Below are positions 1-8,358 of a stretch of 64,000 nt of DNA, piece by piece. Each line of letters opens with the position of its first letter. Position 1 is the stretch's first letter. A program made the position numbers and the translations under genes. Source of the DNA: Candidatus Sericytochromatia bacterium. Lineage in GTDB: Bacteria > Cyanobacteriota > Sericytochromatia > S15B-MN24 > JAQBPE01. Under the pieces are notes generated by a model. The model was not told the DNA's origin. It was given only the letters and a program-made list of their open reading frames with translations, and made no database searches. The DNA is taken from assembly GCA_035285125.1 (NCBI GenBank), contig JAYKHR010000066.1:1-64000 (forward strand). The letters are read 5' to 3'.

Positions 1-421
1 CCTGATGCTGGGCATCACGGCCCTGCTCGAGGCGCGCATCCAGCACCTGCGGATGAAGACGGGCAAGCCCTCTGAGCACCTGATGGCGGTGGCCCGCGAG
101 AACGAGCGCCGCGTGGCCAAGGACAGCCTCGACGCCTCGATCATCCACTACGGCCGCGAGACGCCGGTGCGTGTGGCGCTGGCGCGCCTGATCGGCGAGG
201 TCGAGGGGATTATGCGGGCCAACGGCACCTACGCGATGCTGGCCGCCATCGACGAGGTGCTGGCCCGGGGCAACGAAGCCCAGCGCCTCATCAAGCGCGT
301 CGAGGCCCTTGGCAGCCTGAAGGACGCGGTGGTCGAGGCGATCGACGAGGCCGAGGCGATCGACCTGCGGTGGGCCCGCAAGCTGGGCCTGCTCGAGGGC
401 GACGCCGTGGGCGTGATCTGA
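1..421 (+). CDS. gshA: Glutamate--cysteine ligase, cyanobacterial type, C-terminal part (5' end outside window)
   Basis: Motifs ITALLEAR, NE..AKDSLDA and LARGNEAQ resemble the C-terminus of cyanobacterial GshA. The frame is open from the window edge. Confidence 0.7.
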   Translation, partial: LMLGITALLEARIQHLRMKTGKPSEHLMAVARENERRVAKDSLDASIIHYGRETPVRVALARLIGEVEGIMRANGTYAMLAAIDEVLARGNEAQRLIKRVEALGSLKDAVVEAIDEAEAIDLRWARKLGLLEGDAVGVI

Positions 422-442
422 CGCCAGAACCCGCCGCCTGCC

Positions 443-485
443 TGTCGTCGACGCCCGCGCTTGATGCGCGGGCGTCGATTCGACA
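443..485. other. Strong GC hairpin after gshA (3' stabiliser or terminator-like, no U tract)
   Basis: TCGACGCCCGCGC (448-460), loop TTGAT, GCGCGGGCGTCGA (466-478), extended by TGTCG/CGACA. Confidence 0.6.
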
Positions 486-629
486 AAAGGTCTACCAGCT
501 GATACCATGGGAATGCTTTGCGTCTGGATGATGCTTGGGTGCTGCTTTCCGGCATCGGAGGGTCATCCGCTTCAGGGGGTTCGGGCAGCGGCGTTTGGGG
601 TCGCTGGCCGGTGAGGAGTAGCGCCATCC

Positions 630-896
630 ATGATGTATCTGGGTAAGAACTGGGACGACGTGACCCGTGAACTCGTCCGCCGTGCCTGTGCGGCGAGCCT
701 GCTGCCGGAAACGGCCGAATACCAGCTGCGGCAGTTCCTCGAAGACGGCATCGTCGTGATCGCCTACCAGCGCGGGCCCTCCAACCGGGCAGGCCGCGGT
801 GGCACCACCACCTTCTTCGAGGTGCGGCTCACGGAGGAGGGGATCCAGGCGAAGGCCCTCTCCAACCTCGGCCCCATCAGCCCGGTTGCGGTCTGA
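630..896 (+). CDS. Hypothetical 88-aa protein
   Basis: GAGGAG Shine-Dalgarno upstream, GC3-rich codon usage, and a terminator directly after it. Confidence 0.75.
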   Translation: MMYLGKNWDDVTRELVRRACAASLLPETAEYQLRQFLEDGIVVIAYQRGPSNRAGRGGTTTFFEVRLTEEGIQAKALSNLGPISPVAV

Positions 897-913
897 CCTC
901 CACCAACGTTGCG

Positions 914-943
914 GCCCCCGGACCTTATGGTCCGGGGGCTTTT
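914..943 (+). terminator. Intrinsic terminator
   Basis: GCCCCCGGACC-TTAT-GGTCCGGGGGC followed by TTTT. Confidence 0.85.
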
Positions 944-1016
944 GCTTGCCCGTCCGCTGGGTGTCAGGCCCCGGTGGGCACACCGTCAGGTCCAGGGGTC
1001 GTGGCTCTCTGGCTGG

Positions 1017-2174
1017 TCACTCGTCCGGCTGGCCGCGCCCCGCGGGGTTCCCGGCCTGCTCGGGCATCTTTTGGAGCTTGAGCTTGAGGCTGCGCGTCTG
1101 ACCCTGCCTGTTCACGAGCAGGTCCACCTCCTCGCCCGGCGTGTGACGCGCCACCTCCCGGATCAGCTCGTTCGCGCTGCTGAGGGTCTTGCCGTTGAGC
1201 TGCTGGATCACGTCCCCCGCCTGCAGGCCAGCGGCCTCGGCCGGCCCGCCGGGCTCGATGCGCCCGACCAGCACGCCCTGGTCCACGGGGTAGAACATGC
1301 GCTTGCGGTCCTCGGGCAGGTTGGCGATGCCCACGCCGAGCCAGGGGCGATCGACCCGCCCCTTGGCCTCGAGCTGCGGCAGCACGCTCTTCAGCGTGTC
1401 GACGGGGACGGCGAAGCCGATGCCCTGCCCGCGCGCCGCCACGGCCGTGTTGACGCCGATCACCTCGCCCCGGAGGTTCAGCAGCGGGCCGCCCGAGTTG
1501 CCGGGGTTGATGGGGGCGTCGGTTTGCAGGAAGCCGACGCGGGCGTTGAGCTCGATGTCGCGGTTGATGGCCGACAGGATGCCCGTGGTGACGGTTTGGG
1601 AGAGCCCGAGCGGGCTGCCCATCGCCACCACGTACTGGCCCACCCGCAGCCGCTGGGGATCCGCCAGGCGAAGGCTCGCCAGGCCCTTGGCGTCAATTTT
1701 GACGAGGGCGAGGTCGCTGCCGGGGTCCTGGCCGATGACCTTGCCCGCATACTTCTTGCCGTCGTGGAAGGTGACGGTGAGCTTGTCGGCACCGCGCACG
1801 ACGTGGTGGTTCGTCACGATGAGCCCGTTCGCGGCGACCACGAAGCCCGAGCCCACGCCCTTCTCCTCCCGCTGCGTCGGTTCGCCGTCCGGGACGCCCT
1901 CGAAGAAGTACCGGAAGGCGTCCACCTGGCTGGGCACGGTGCGGTGCGCCACGGTGTCGATGTTGACGACGGCGACCTTCACGCGGTCGACGAGGTCGGC
2001 AATGCCGTCCTCCTGGCCTCCTGGCACGGCGATGCGGATCTCCCCCGCCGCCGCCGGCGTGGCGGCCAGTGGCGTGAGCGGGACGTCCGCCGGCACCAGG
2101 CGGGCGCCGATCACCCCTCCTGCTGCCCCGACGGCGAACACTGCGAGGGTCGTGAGCACTTGTCTTGGCTGCAT
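1017..2174 (-). CDS. HtrA/DegP-family serine protease with one PDZ domain
   Basis: GSGFVV, TNHHVV, DLALVK, QTDAPINPGNSGGPL and a C-terminal PDZ. ATG at 2174 has a GGAGGA SD and an N-terminal hydrophobic anchor. Confidence 0.95.
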   Translation of the reverse strand: MQPRQVLTTLAVFAVGAAGGVIGARLVPADVPLTPLAATPAAAGEIRIAVPGGQEDGIADLVDRVKVAVVNIDTVAHRTVPSQVDAFRYFFEGVPDGEPTQREEKGVGSGFVVAANGLIVTNHHVVRGADKLTVTFHDGKKYAGKVIGQDPGSDLALVKIDAKGLASLRLADPQRLRVGQYVVAMGSPLGLSQTVTTGILSAINRDIELNARVGFLQTDAPINPGNSGGPLLNLRGEVIGVNTAVAARGQGIGFAVPVDTLKSVLPQLEAKGRVDRPWLGVGIANLPEDRKRMFYPVDQGVLVGRIEPGGPAEAAGLQAGDVIQQLNGKTLSSANELIREVARHTPGEEVDLLVNRQGQTRSLKLKLQKMPEQAGNPAGRGQPDE

Positions 2175-2259
2175 CGTGAATCCTCCGGGGGCCCGCTGCC
2201 CGCGGGCCGGACACCCCGGTCGACCGGGGACGCGTGAAAAAGTTCCCGACGCCGGGCCG

Positions 2260-3195
2260 TCAGTGGACGCTGGACTGCCCGCGGTCCGTGAAGGTCTCGC
2301 CCTCCACCGGCACGAACTCCCACTCGTAGCCGTCCGGGTAAAGCGCCAGCTGCAGGACGCCGAAGGTCGAGGCGTTGCGCACCGCCGTCGTCGACTTGGG
2401 GAGCTTGAAGAACATGTAATGGTTCTTGCCGCCCGTGCCGACCACGAAGCTCCTGACGCCGCGAGCGGCGTCGCGTTTGCCCTCTGCATCCATGGGCTCG
2501 AAGCGCTCGTAGTGGTGGTCGTGGCCCCACAAGGCCAGGTCGACGCCCTTGCTGGCGAGCAGGCGCCACAGCGCATCCGTCTCCTTGTTGTCGCCGTGCG
2601 CGCCGCTGCTGAAGCGCGGGTGGTGCCACATGGCGATGACGTTCTGGCCTTGATGGGCCTCGAGGTCTTGCGCCACCCAGCGGTACTGCGCCGACTCGGG
2701 GCCGAGCTCCTTCGAGGCCGCGTCGCCGGTGGTGGCCGAGTTGATGACGACCACGTGCCAGGCGGGCGAGACGTCGTAGCTGTAGTAGCCCTTGCGCGGA
2801 TCCCCCGCGCGCTCGCCGAAGTAACCGAAATAACCCGCGGCCCCCGGCGTGCGGTACTCGTGGTTGCCCACCACCGGCCGGATCCGGTTGAAGTGCCGGC
2901 CCCAGGTGGGGTGGAAGTAGCGGGCGAACTCCTCGGGCGACCCGGACTGGTAGGCGTTGTCGCCCAGCAGGAAGATGGTTCCAGGCAGGCGGTCCAGGAG
3001 ACGGGCCGTCTGCTCCGCACCAGGGCCCTCGTAGGCGATGTCACCGGCGCCCACCAGGAGCGCGGCATCCTGGCGCTGGGCGGCCTGAAAGCCATCCCGC
3101 CGGGCCGACCCGAAGGTGGCCGCCGCCCCGACACCCGGGGCGCGGCAGGCCCCGAGGATGAACAGCGAAACGAACAGCGGCGCCATTGCACGCAT
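2260..3195 (-). CDS. Calcineurin-like metallophosphoesterase, predicted lipoprotein
   Basis: GAGDIA, LGDNAY, GNHEY, HHP and GHDHHYER motifs; lipobox ILGAC. Confidence 0.9.
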   Translation of the reverse strand: MRAMAPLFVSLFILGACRAPGVGAAATFGSARRDGFQAAQRQDAALLVGAGDIAYEGPGAEQTARLLDRLPGTIFLLGDNAYQSGSPEEFARYFHPTWGRHFNRIRPVVGNHEYRTPGAAGYFGYFGERAGDPRKGYYSYDVSPAWHVVVINSATTGDAASKELGPESAQYRWVAQDLEAHQGQNVIAMWHHPRFSSGAHGDNKETDALWRLLASKGVDLALWGHDHHYERFEPMDAEGKRDAARGVRSFVVGTGGKNHYMFFKLPKSTTAVRNASTFGVLQLALYPDGYEWEFVPVEGETFTDRGQSSVH

Positions 3196-3322
3196 CGGGA
3201 GTCTCCGGGAGGCAGGTGCGTCCAGGGTTGCTGACTCCATCATACCACCTGGCCCGAGGGCCCCGCCGGTGGGCCAGGGCCGGAGCCCACCACCCCGTTG
3301 GGGCCCCCCGTGGGCCGGGGCG

Positions 3323-4585
3323 TCAGGGATCGAGGGCCCCGCCCACTACCCGCAGCGTGCCGTCGGCGTGCCCCGTGGCCAGCTCATGGACGGCGAAGGT
3401 GATCGCGGTGACGGGGGCTGGCCCCGTGGCGAGCCGCCTGGGGGCCGTGGCGCCATCTGGCGTGAGGAGGTCGACCGAGCCACCTGCCGTCACGCGCGCC
3501 ACCCGGGTGCCATCGGGCGCGACGGCGAGGGCCCGCACCAGCCGGCCATCGCCCCGCCACGCGGCAGGGGCCGCTGCGCCCTGCCCCTGGGCCTGCACCG
3601 CGAGGGCCCCCGCCCAGAGCCTGGCGTCCCGGGCCGCCCAGGCCACGGAGGTGACGGCCGCGTCGGCCCGCCAGGCCTCCCGCGCCGCGCCATGTGGGGG
3701 CCAGGGGAAAATCAACACGCGCCCGTCGGACAGCCCTGCGGCCAGGCGCAGGGGGCGCCCCCCGAGGGCCAGGCTCCACACAGGGGCCCCGGCAGGCGTC
3801 GGGTCGCCGAGGGAGGCCCCAGTGTCCAGGTGCCACCGCCGCAGCTGGCCGTCCGAGCCCGCCGCGGCGACCTCCCGGGTCGCGCCATCCACCGCCACGC
3901 CCCGCACGGGCGCCGTCGCGCCTTCCAGCGTTCGCAGCAACCGACCGGTGGCCACCTCCCAGACCCGCACGGTGCGATCTTGGGAGGCGCTCACCAGGCG
4001 CTCGCCGTCAGCCGTGGCGGCCAGGGCCAACACGGGACCCCGGTGACCCCGCAGCGACGACACGAGCCCGGTGCCAGGCATGGAGAGGGCGACCACGCCA
4101 TCTCCGCCGCCGCTGGCGAGCCGGCCACCGGGCAACGCGAGGACGGCGCGGACCGGACCCGAATGGGGCCTCAGCACGCCGGGCCCCGGGGGCGTCGTGG
4201 CGGTCGCGGCCGGAGCGGGGGAGACCTCGACGGCAAGGACGCCCTGCCCCGGCTCGCCGTCTGCGCCACTGCGAGCGAGGCGGGTGACGCCGGGGGCTTT
4301 GCCGACGACCACCCCACGGGCCAAGTCCACGTCCGCGAGGGCCTCGTCCGCGCTGGCCCAGCGCGTGCCGCTGGCAGTGGTCTCGCTCGACGGCAACGCG
4401 ATCGTAGCCGCCTCGTCGACGACCACCGTCAGGGTGGCCACGACCGTTGGCGCAGAGGCGGCGGGCGTCCGACCGACGGCGGGAGTCGAGACCCCGGGGA
4501 GATCGTCGGGGCGGAGGCGGTCGGGCAGCCCGTCGCAGCCCGTCACCATCACCGCGAGCAGCCCCGCGGCCAAGGGCCGGCGCAT
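3323..4585 (-). CDS. WD40-repeat lipoprotein
   Basis: Lipobox MVTGC; repeats such as LRGHRGPVLALA...SASQDRTVRVWE. Its ATG overlaps the upstream TGA. Confidence 0.85.
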   Translation of the reverse strand: MRRPLAAGLLAVMVTGCDGLPDRLRPDDLPGVSTPAVGRTPAASAPTVVATLTVVVDEAATIALPSSETTASGTRWASADEALADVDLARGVVVGKAPGVTRLARSGADGEPGQGVLAVEVSPAPAATATTPPGPGVLRPHSGPVRAVLALPGGRLASGGGDGVVALSMPGTGLVSSLRGHRGPVLALAATADGERLVSASQDRTVRVWEVATGRLLRTLEGATAPVRGVAVDGATREVAAAGSDGQLRRWHLDTGASLGDPTPAGAPVWSLALGGRPLRLAAGLSDGRVLIFPWPPHGAAREAWRADAAVTSVAWAARDARLWAGALAVQAQGQGAAAPAAWRGDGRLVRALAVAPDGTRVARVTAGGSVDLLTPDGATAPRRLATGPAPVTAITFAVHELATGHADGTLRVVGGALDP

Positions 4586-4944
4586 CACGGGACCCACACC
4601 AGGCCCAGGGCCAGCAGCGCAGGCAGGGCCTGGAGGGCGAGAATGGAACGCTGGACCGTCACCCCCCCCACCACCCCGGCCACGGCCACGCAGCCGAGGA
4701 AGAAGGTGGCGAGGGCCCGACCCTCCGTCGGATGCACCAGGCTCCAGCCGAGGCCTGCGGCCAGGAAGAGGTTGTACCAGCCCTGGTTCACCATCAGCGG
4801 GGCAATGACGGCGGCCCGCTCCGCCGTGAGCCCGAAGACCCTGCGGCCGATTGGTTTGGTGACGAGGAAGCTCTCCAGCACGAAGAACCCCACGTGGGCC
4901 AGCGCCACGACGGCGACGGCAATGTCGGCGAGCCACCCCAGCAC
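4585..4944 (-). CDS. DUF1304-family membrane protein
   Basis: AHVGFFVLE...NQGWYNLFLAAGL...QALPALLA signature; GTG start with GGGAGG SD. Confidence 0.85.
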   Translation of the reverse strand: MLGWLADIAVAVVALAHVGFFVLESFLVTKPIGRRVFGLTAERAAVIAPLMVNQGWYNLFLAAGLGWSLVHPTEGRALATFFLGCVAVAGVVGGVTVQRSILALQALPALLALGLVWVP

Positions 4945-5094
4945 GCGGTCCCTCCCGGTGTCTGCGCCTCGAGGGGCGCCTTGACGCAGCCATTGTAACG
5001 TGAGTGGGCACCGCCCACCAGCCAACAAACCAGCCAGGGCCGTGGCGGCCACGTGGGCTTGCGCGATGGCTGCGGCTGGGGTATGCAGTGAATG

Positions 5095-5110
5095 TGTGAT
5101 TGTTGTCACA
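5095..5110. promoter_or_regulatory. Perfect CRP-family operator TGTGA-N6-TCACA
   Basis: TGTGA TTGTTG TCACA in an AT-enriched gap between divergent genes. Confidence 0.65.
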
Positions 5111-5152
5111 GGGTGCATTGCTCGCACCGTGAGCGGGTCGGAGGTGGTGGGG

Positions 5153-7318
5153 ATGCTGGCTGTCAGATGTGCGGCGGCGCTCGGGCTGGCCGTGGCGTTT
5201 GTGGCAGACACGACTGGTTGCGCCTCCATCACGGCGGCCCGGCGCACCGAGCAGGAGCCCATACAGGTGGTGCTCTCGGCCGAACGCCCCGCCACGCTCA
5301 GCGTCGCGCTTAAGCCGCCTCTCGGCGGTGGGCTGCAGCTCGCGGATCTCTGGTGGCTGGGGGCAGAGGCCTGGCTCATCGGCAACCTCGCGCGGGTCTG
5401 GACCGAGCACCCCAGCGAGCAGGCCGCCAGCGCCGCCGCCCTGATGTGGGGTGGTGGCCTGACCCTCGCGGACCTGCTGGTGCGAATCAGCTTCTCCAGC
5501 GTCGTGCCGCGAGGCTTCAAGGTATTCTGGGAGAAGCCCGACGGCGAGCCGGTCGAGGTCTGGCAAGCCGTCGATGCGGGCGAGTTCGAGCGGGAGGGTG
5601 GCACCACGGTCTCTGTGGAGGCCCCGGCGGATGCGGCTGGCAGGCCGGTGCGGGTCGAGGTGTTCGGCCCGGCCGGGCGCCCCATCGCCCGTGCCCGGCT
5701 GGCCAGGGGCGTCGCCGCCCCGCGGCGGGCCGAACGGGCCGCGCGCCGGGCCCTGCCTCGGCTGTCCGTCTCCGCGACCCTGGTCGACGAGCTGGGAGAG
5801 CGCCTGGTGCGTGGGGGGGAGCTGTCGCACCTCGAGGTGACGGTCCACAACACCGGTGCCGCCGATGCCGAGGGCGTGGTGGTCTCGGCGGAGAGCCGCC
5901 CGCGCGTGCCGGGCTTCAACGTCCGCTCACCACTCACGATTGGGGTTGTGCGCGCCGGGCAGCTGCGCACCGTGCGGCTGCCCATCAAGACGGACGGGGC
6001 CCTCGAGGACGGCACCGTCGCCGTCACGCTGAACGCCGAGGATCGCGACGGCGTGGATGCCGCCCCCCTTCGCGTCTCGCTCGACGCGCGCAAGCTCAGG
6101 CCGGTGGAGCTGGCGGTGGACCAGCACGTCGTGATGGTGGCCGATGCCTCGCGGCGGCCGAGGCGTGGCGAGCAGGTGCAGGTCCAGGCCCGGGTGGTCA
6201 ACGTCGGCGAGGTGCCGGCCCGGGACGTGACGGTGCGGCTGGCGCTCCAGCACCCCGACCTGCTGGCCCTCGAAGACGAGGACGTGCGGCTCGATGCCCT
6301 CGCGCCGGGAGAAGCCAGCATCGTCAAGCTGACGTGCTTCATCAAGAGCCGCTACAGCGGCCCGGAAGAGCTGCCCGTGGCGCTGGTGGTGTCCGAGCGG
6401 CACGGTGGCCCCCCGCGGTCTCACGCCGTGGCGCTGCAGCTGGACCCGGCGGACGCCGTGCTTCGCGAGGTGGCGATCGCGCCTGCTGCCAGGCCAGTCC
6501 GCGAGGCAGGCACCCTGCTGGCGGACGTGGATCGGCCGCTGGCGCGGCCCGTGCGGCCCAACCCCCTGGCCGTGGGGCTGGTCGTCGGCGTCGAGCGGTA
6601 CAACCGCTCGCTCCCAGGCGTGCCCTGGGCCGGGCGGGATGCGCAGGCCGTGGCGCGCTACTTTCAGGACGTGCTGGGCGTGCCCGCCGACCAGCTCGTG
6701 GTGCTGACTGACGACCAGGCCACGCTGACGGGGCTGGAGGTGGCGCTCGCGGAGGCGCTCCCAGCGCGCATCCAGCCGGGCGAGAGCCACCTGTACGTCT
6801 ACTTCGCTGGCCATGGCACGCCTGACCCGGCCGGGGGCTCTCCCTACCTCGTGCCGTTCGACGGGCAGCTCACGAGCCCGGCGAAGACGTGCCTCGCGAC
6901 GGCCCGGCTGTACCAGGACCTCGTCGCGTTGCGGGCGCGCCAGGCCACGGTCTTCCTGGATGCCTGCTTCACGGGCTCAACGGGGCGGGACCTCGAGCCC
7001 AAGCCCCTGCTCGCGGACGCCAGGCCGGTGGTTGTGGCGTCCTTGGACGGGGCGCTGCCGAAGGGGGTGCGGGTGCTCACGGCCTCTGGGCCCGGCGAGG
7101 TGAGCTCGTCCCACCCGGAGGCCAGGCACGGGCTGTTCACCTACTTCCTCCTCAAGGCGCTGCGGCGGGAGGAGGCACCGTTCGACGCCTCGCTGCGGCT
7201 CACGGACCTCGAGGCTTACCTTCGGCAGCACGTCGGGCGCGAGGCCATCCGCCTCAACCGGTCCCAGCAGCCTCGGCTGCTCGGCGAGCAGACGGCCGGG
7301 GCGGACCTGTTGCCGTGA
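5153..7318 (+). CDS. Caspase-family (peptidase C14) protein with N-terminal Ig/CARDB-like domains and a putative lipoprotein signal
   Basis: GLVVGVERY, YVYFAGHG (His), VFLDACFTG (Cys), HGLFTYFLLKAL and SQQP; Ig-like VHNTG and VVNVG segments; GGAGG SD. Confidence 0.88.
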   Translation: MLAVRCAAALGLAVAFVADTTGCASITAARRTEQEPIQVVLSAERPATLSVALKPPLGGGLQLADLWWLGAEAWLIGNLARVWTEHPSEQAASAAALMWGGGLTLADLLVRISFSSVVPRGFKVFWEKPDGEPVEVWQAVDAGEFEREGGTTVSVEAPADAAGRPVRVEVFGPAGRPIARARLARGVAAPRRAERAARRALPRLSVSATLVDELGERLVRGGELSHLEVTVHNTGAADAEGVVVSAESRPRVPGFNVRSPLTIGVVRAGQLRTVRLPIKTDGALEDGTVAVTLNAEDRDGVDAAPLRVSLDARKLRPVELAVDQHVVMVADASRRPRRGEQVQVQARVVNVGEVPARDVTVRLALQHPDLLALEDEDVRLDALAPGEASIVKLTCFIKSRYSGPEELPVALVVSERHGGPPRSHAVALQLDPADAVLREVAIAPAARPVREAGTLLADVDRPLARPVRPNPLAVGLVVGVERYNRSLPGVPWAGRDAQAVARYFQDVLGVPADQLVVLTDDQATLTGLEVALAEALPARIQPGESHLYVYFAGHGTPDPAGGSPYLVPFDGQLTSPAKTCLATARLYQDLVALRARQATVFLDACFTGSTGRDLEPKPLLADARPVVVASLDGALPKGVRVLTASGPGEVSSSHPEARHGLFTYFLLKALRREEAPFDASLRLTDLEAYLRQHVGREAIRLNRSQQPRLLGEQTAGADLLP

Positions 7319-8268
7319 GGGGCTGGGTGCTTGTCGGCGTGACGGTGCTGGGCGGCTGTCTTCCTGCGCGGCTGGCCGGGAGGCCGCCGGCCCAGGTGCC
7401 CGCTCCGCCGTTCTCGCCCGCTGTGCTGGTCGCTGGGGCGCTCGCCTCGCCCCTCCCCACGCCTCTGGCGGCCTCGCCAGCCAGCTTGGCGCCGTCGCCA
7501 TCGGCGAGGCCTGACGTCCATGCCTCGCCGGGCCTCCTGCTGCAGGAGGGTCGGCTGGTGAAAGGGGACAAGGGCGCGCCAGCCGAGCTGGTGGCGGGAG
7601 GCACCGTTGCGTTCACCCTCAAGGTTCAGAACACGGGCAACGTGCCGCTGTCGAACCTGGCCGTCCGGGTCCGCCCCGAGGACGACGGCATTGGCCTGGC
7701 CCAAGACTGCGTGGGGTGCCTCACGGAGCTCGGCCTCGATCGCCCCCTCCCGCCCGGGGAGCTGGTTTCTCTGGGACGCGTCGGGCTGCGCGCCGACCCC
7801 GACCTCGCGGCGGGCCTCCGTTTCAGCGTGGTGGCCGAGGGAACCGCCAGCGGGGGGGTGCGGACCGCGGAGCGCTTCGAGTTCGAGCTCGGTGCCCTGC
7901 CTCCTGAGCTCACGTGGACGGCGGTGGAGTCCGCCACGGACGTACGGTCGCTCAGGGAAGGGTCCTCAAGCTTCAAGGCCATCCGCGTGAGGCTCGCGAA
8001 CGCGGGGCAGTCCGACGCGCGAAACGTGCTGGCCGAGCTCGAGTCGGACGACCCCGGCATCCGCGTCGGCGCCTTCTGCAAGCCCTGTGTTGCCGACCAG
8101 CGCGTGGCCCGCATCGACGCAGGCGGCACGCACCTGCTGGACCAGCCCTTCGGCCTGACGGCCAAGGACGGCCGGAAGGGCCGTCGGAACGTCCCCCTGA
8201 GGCTGATCCTGCGGGACGGTGACGGTCGCAAGTGGCGGCTTGAAAGGGAAACGCCGCTGACCTTCTGA
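7315..8268 (+). CDS. Lipoprotein with two Ig/CARDB-like domains, each with CxxC
   Basis: GTGA overlap with the caspase stop; lipobox VLGGC; LKVQNTG..CVGC and LANAG..CKPC. Confidence 0.75.
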   Translation: MRGWVLVGVTVLGGCLPARLAGRPPAQVPAPPFSPAVLVAGALASPLPTPLAASPASLAPSPSARPDVHASPGLLLQEGRLVKGDKGAPAELVAGGTVAFTLKVQNTGNVPLSNLAVRVRPEDDGIGLAQDCVGCLTELGLDRPLPPGELVSLGRVGLRADPDLAAGLRFSVVAEGTASGGVRTAERFEFELGALPPELTWTAVESATDVRSLREGSSSFKAIRVRLANAGQSDARNVLAELESDDPGIRVGAFCKPCVADQRVARIDAGGTHLLDQPFGLTAKDGRKGRRNVPLRLILRDGDGRKWRLERETPLTF

Positions 8269-8358
8269 GGGCTCGCGACCGGGGCACCCTATTCGGTATC
8301 CTGAGGGCTGCCCCACTGCCCGGCCGTGTCCCTGGGCCCCTCTGACTGGCGGTTTCCA

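Noticed and set aside
1017..3191. 724-aa ORF suggesting an HtrA with a long N-terminal extension
   Set aside because: The upstream part overlaps the phosphoesterase in another frame and is Arg/Ser/Thr-rich shadow sequence. The SD-supported start is 2174.
3323..6345. 841-aa and 586-aa minus-strand ORFs
   Set aside because: Only their 3' ends are real (WD40 and DUF1304). The rest lies antisense to the caspase gene or in alternate frames.
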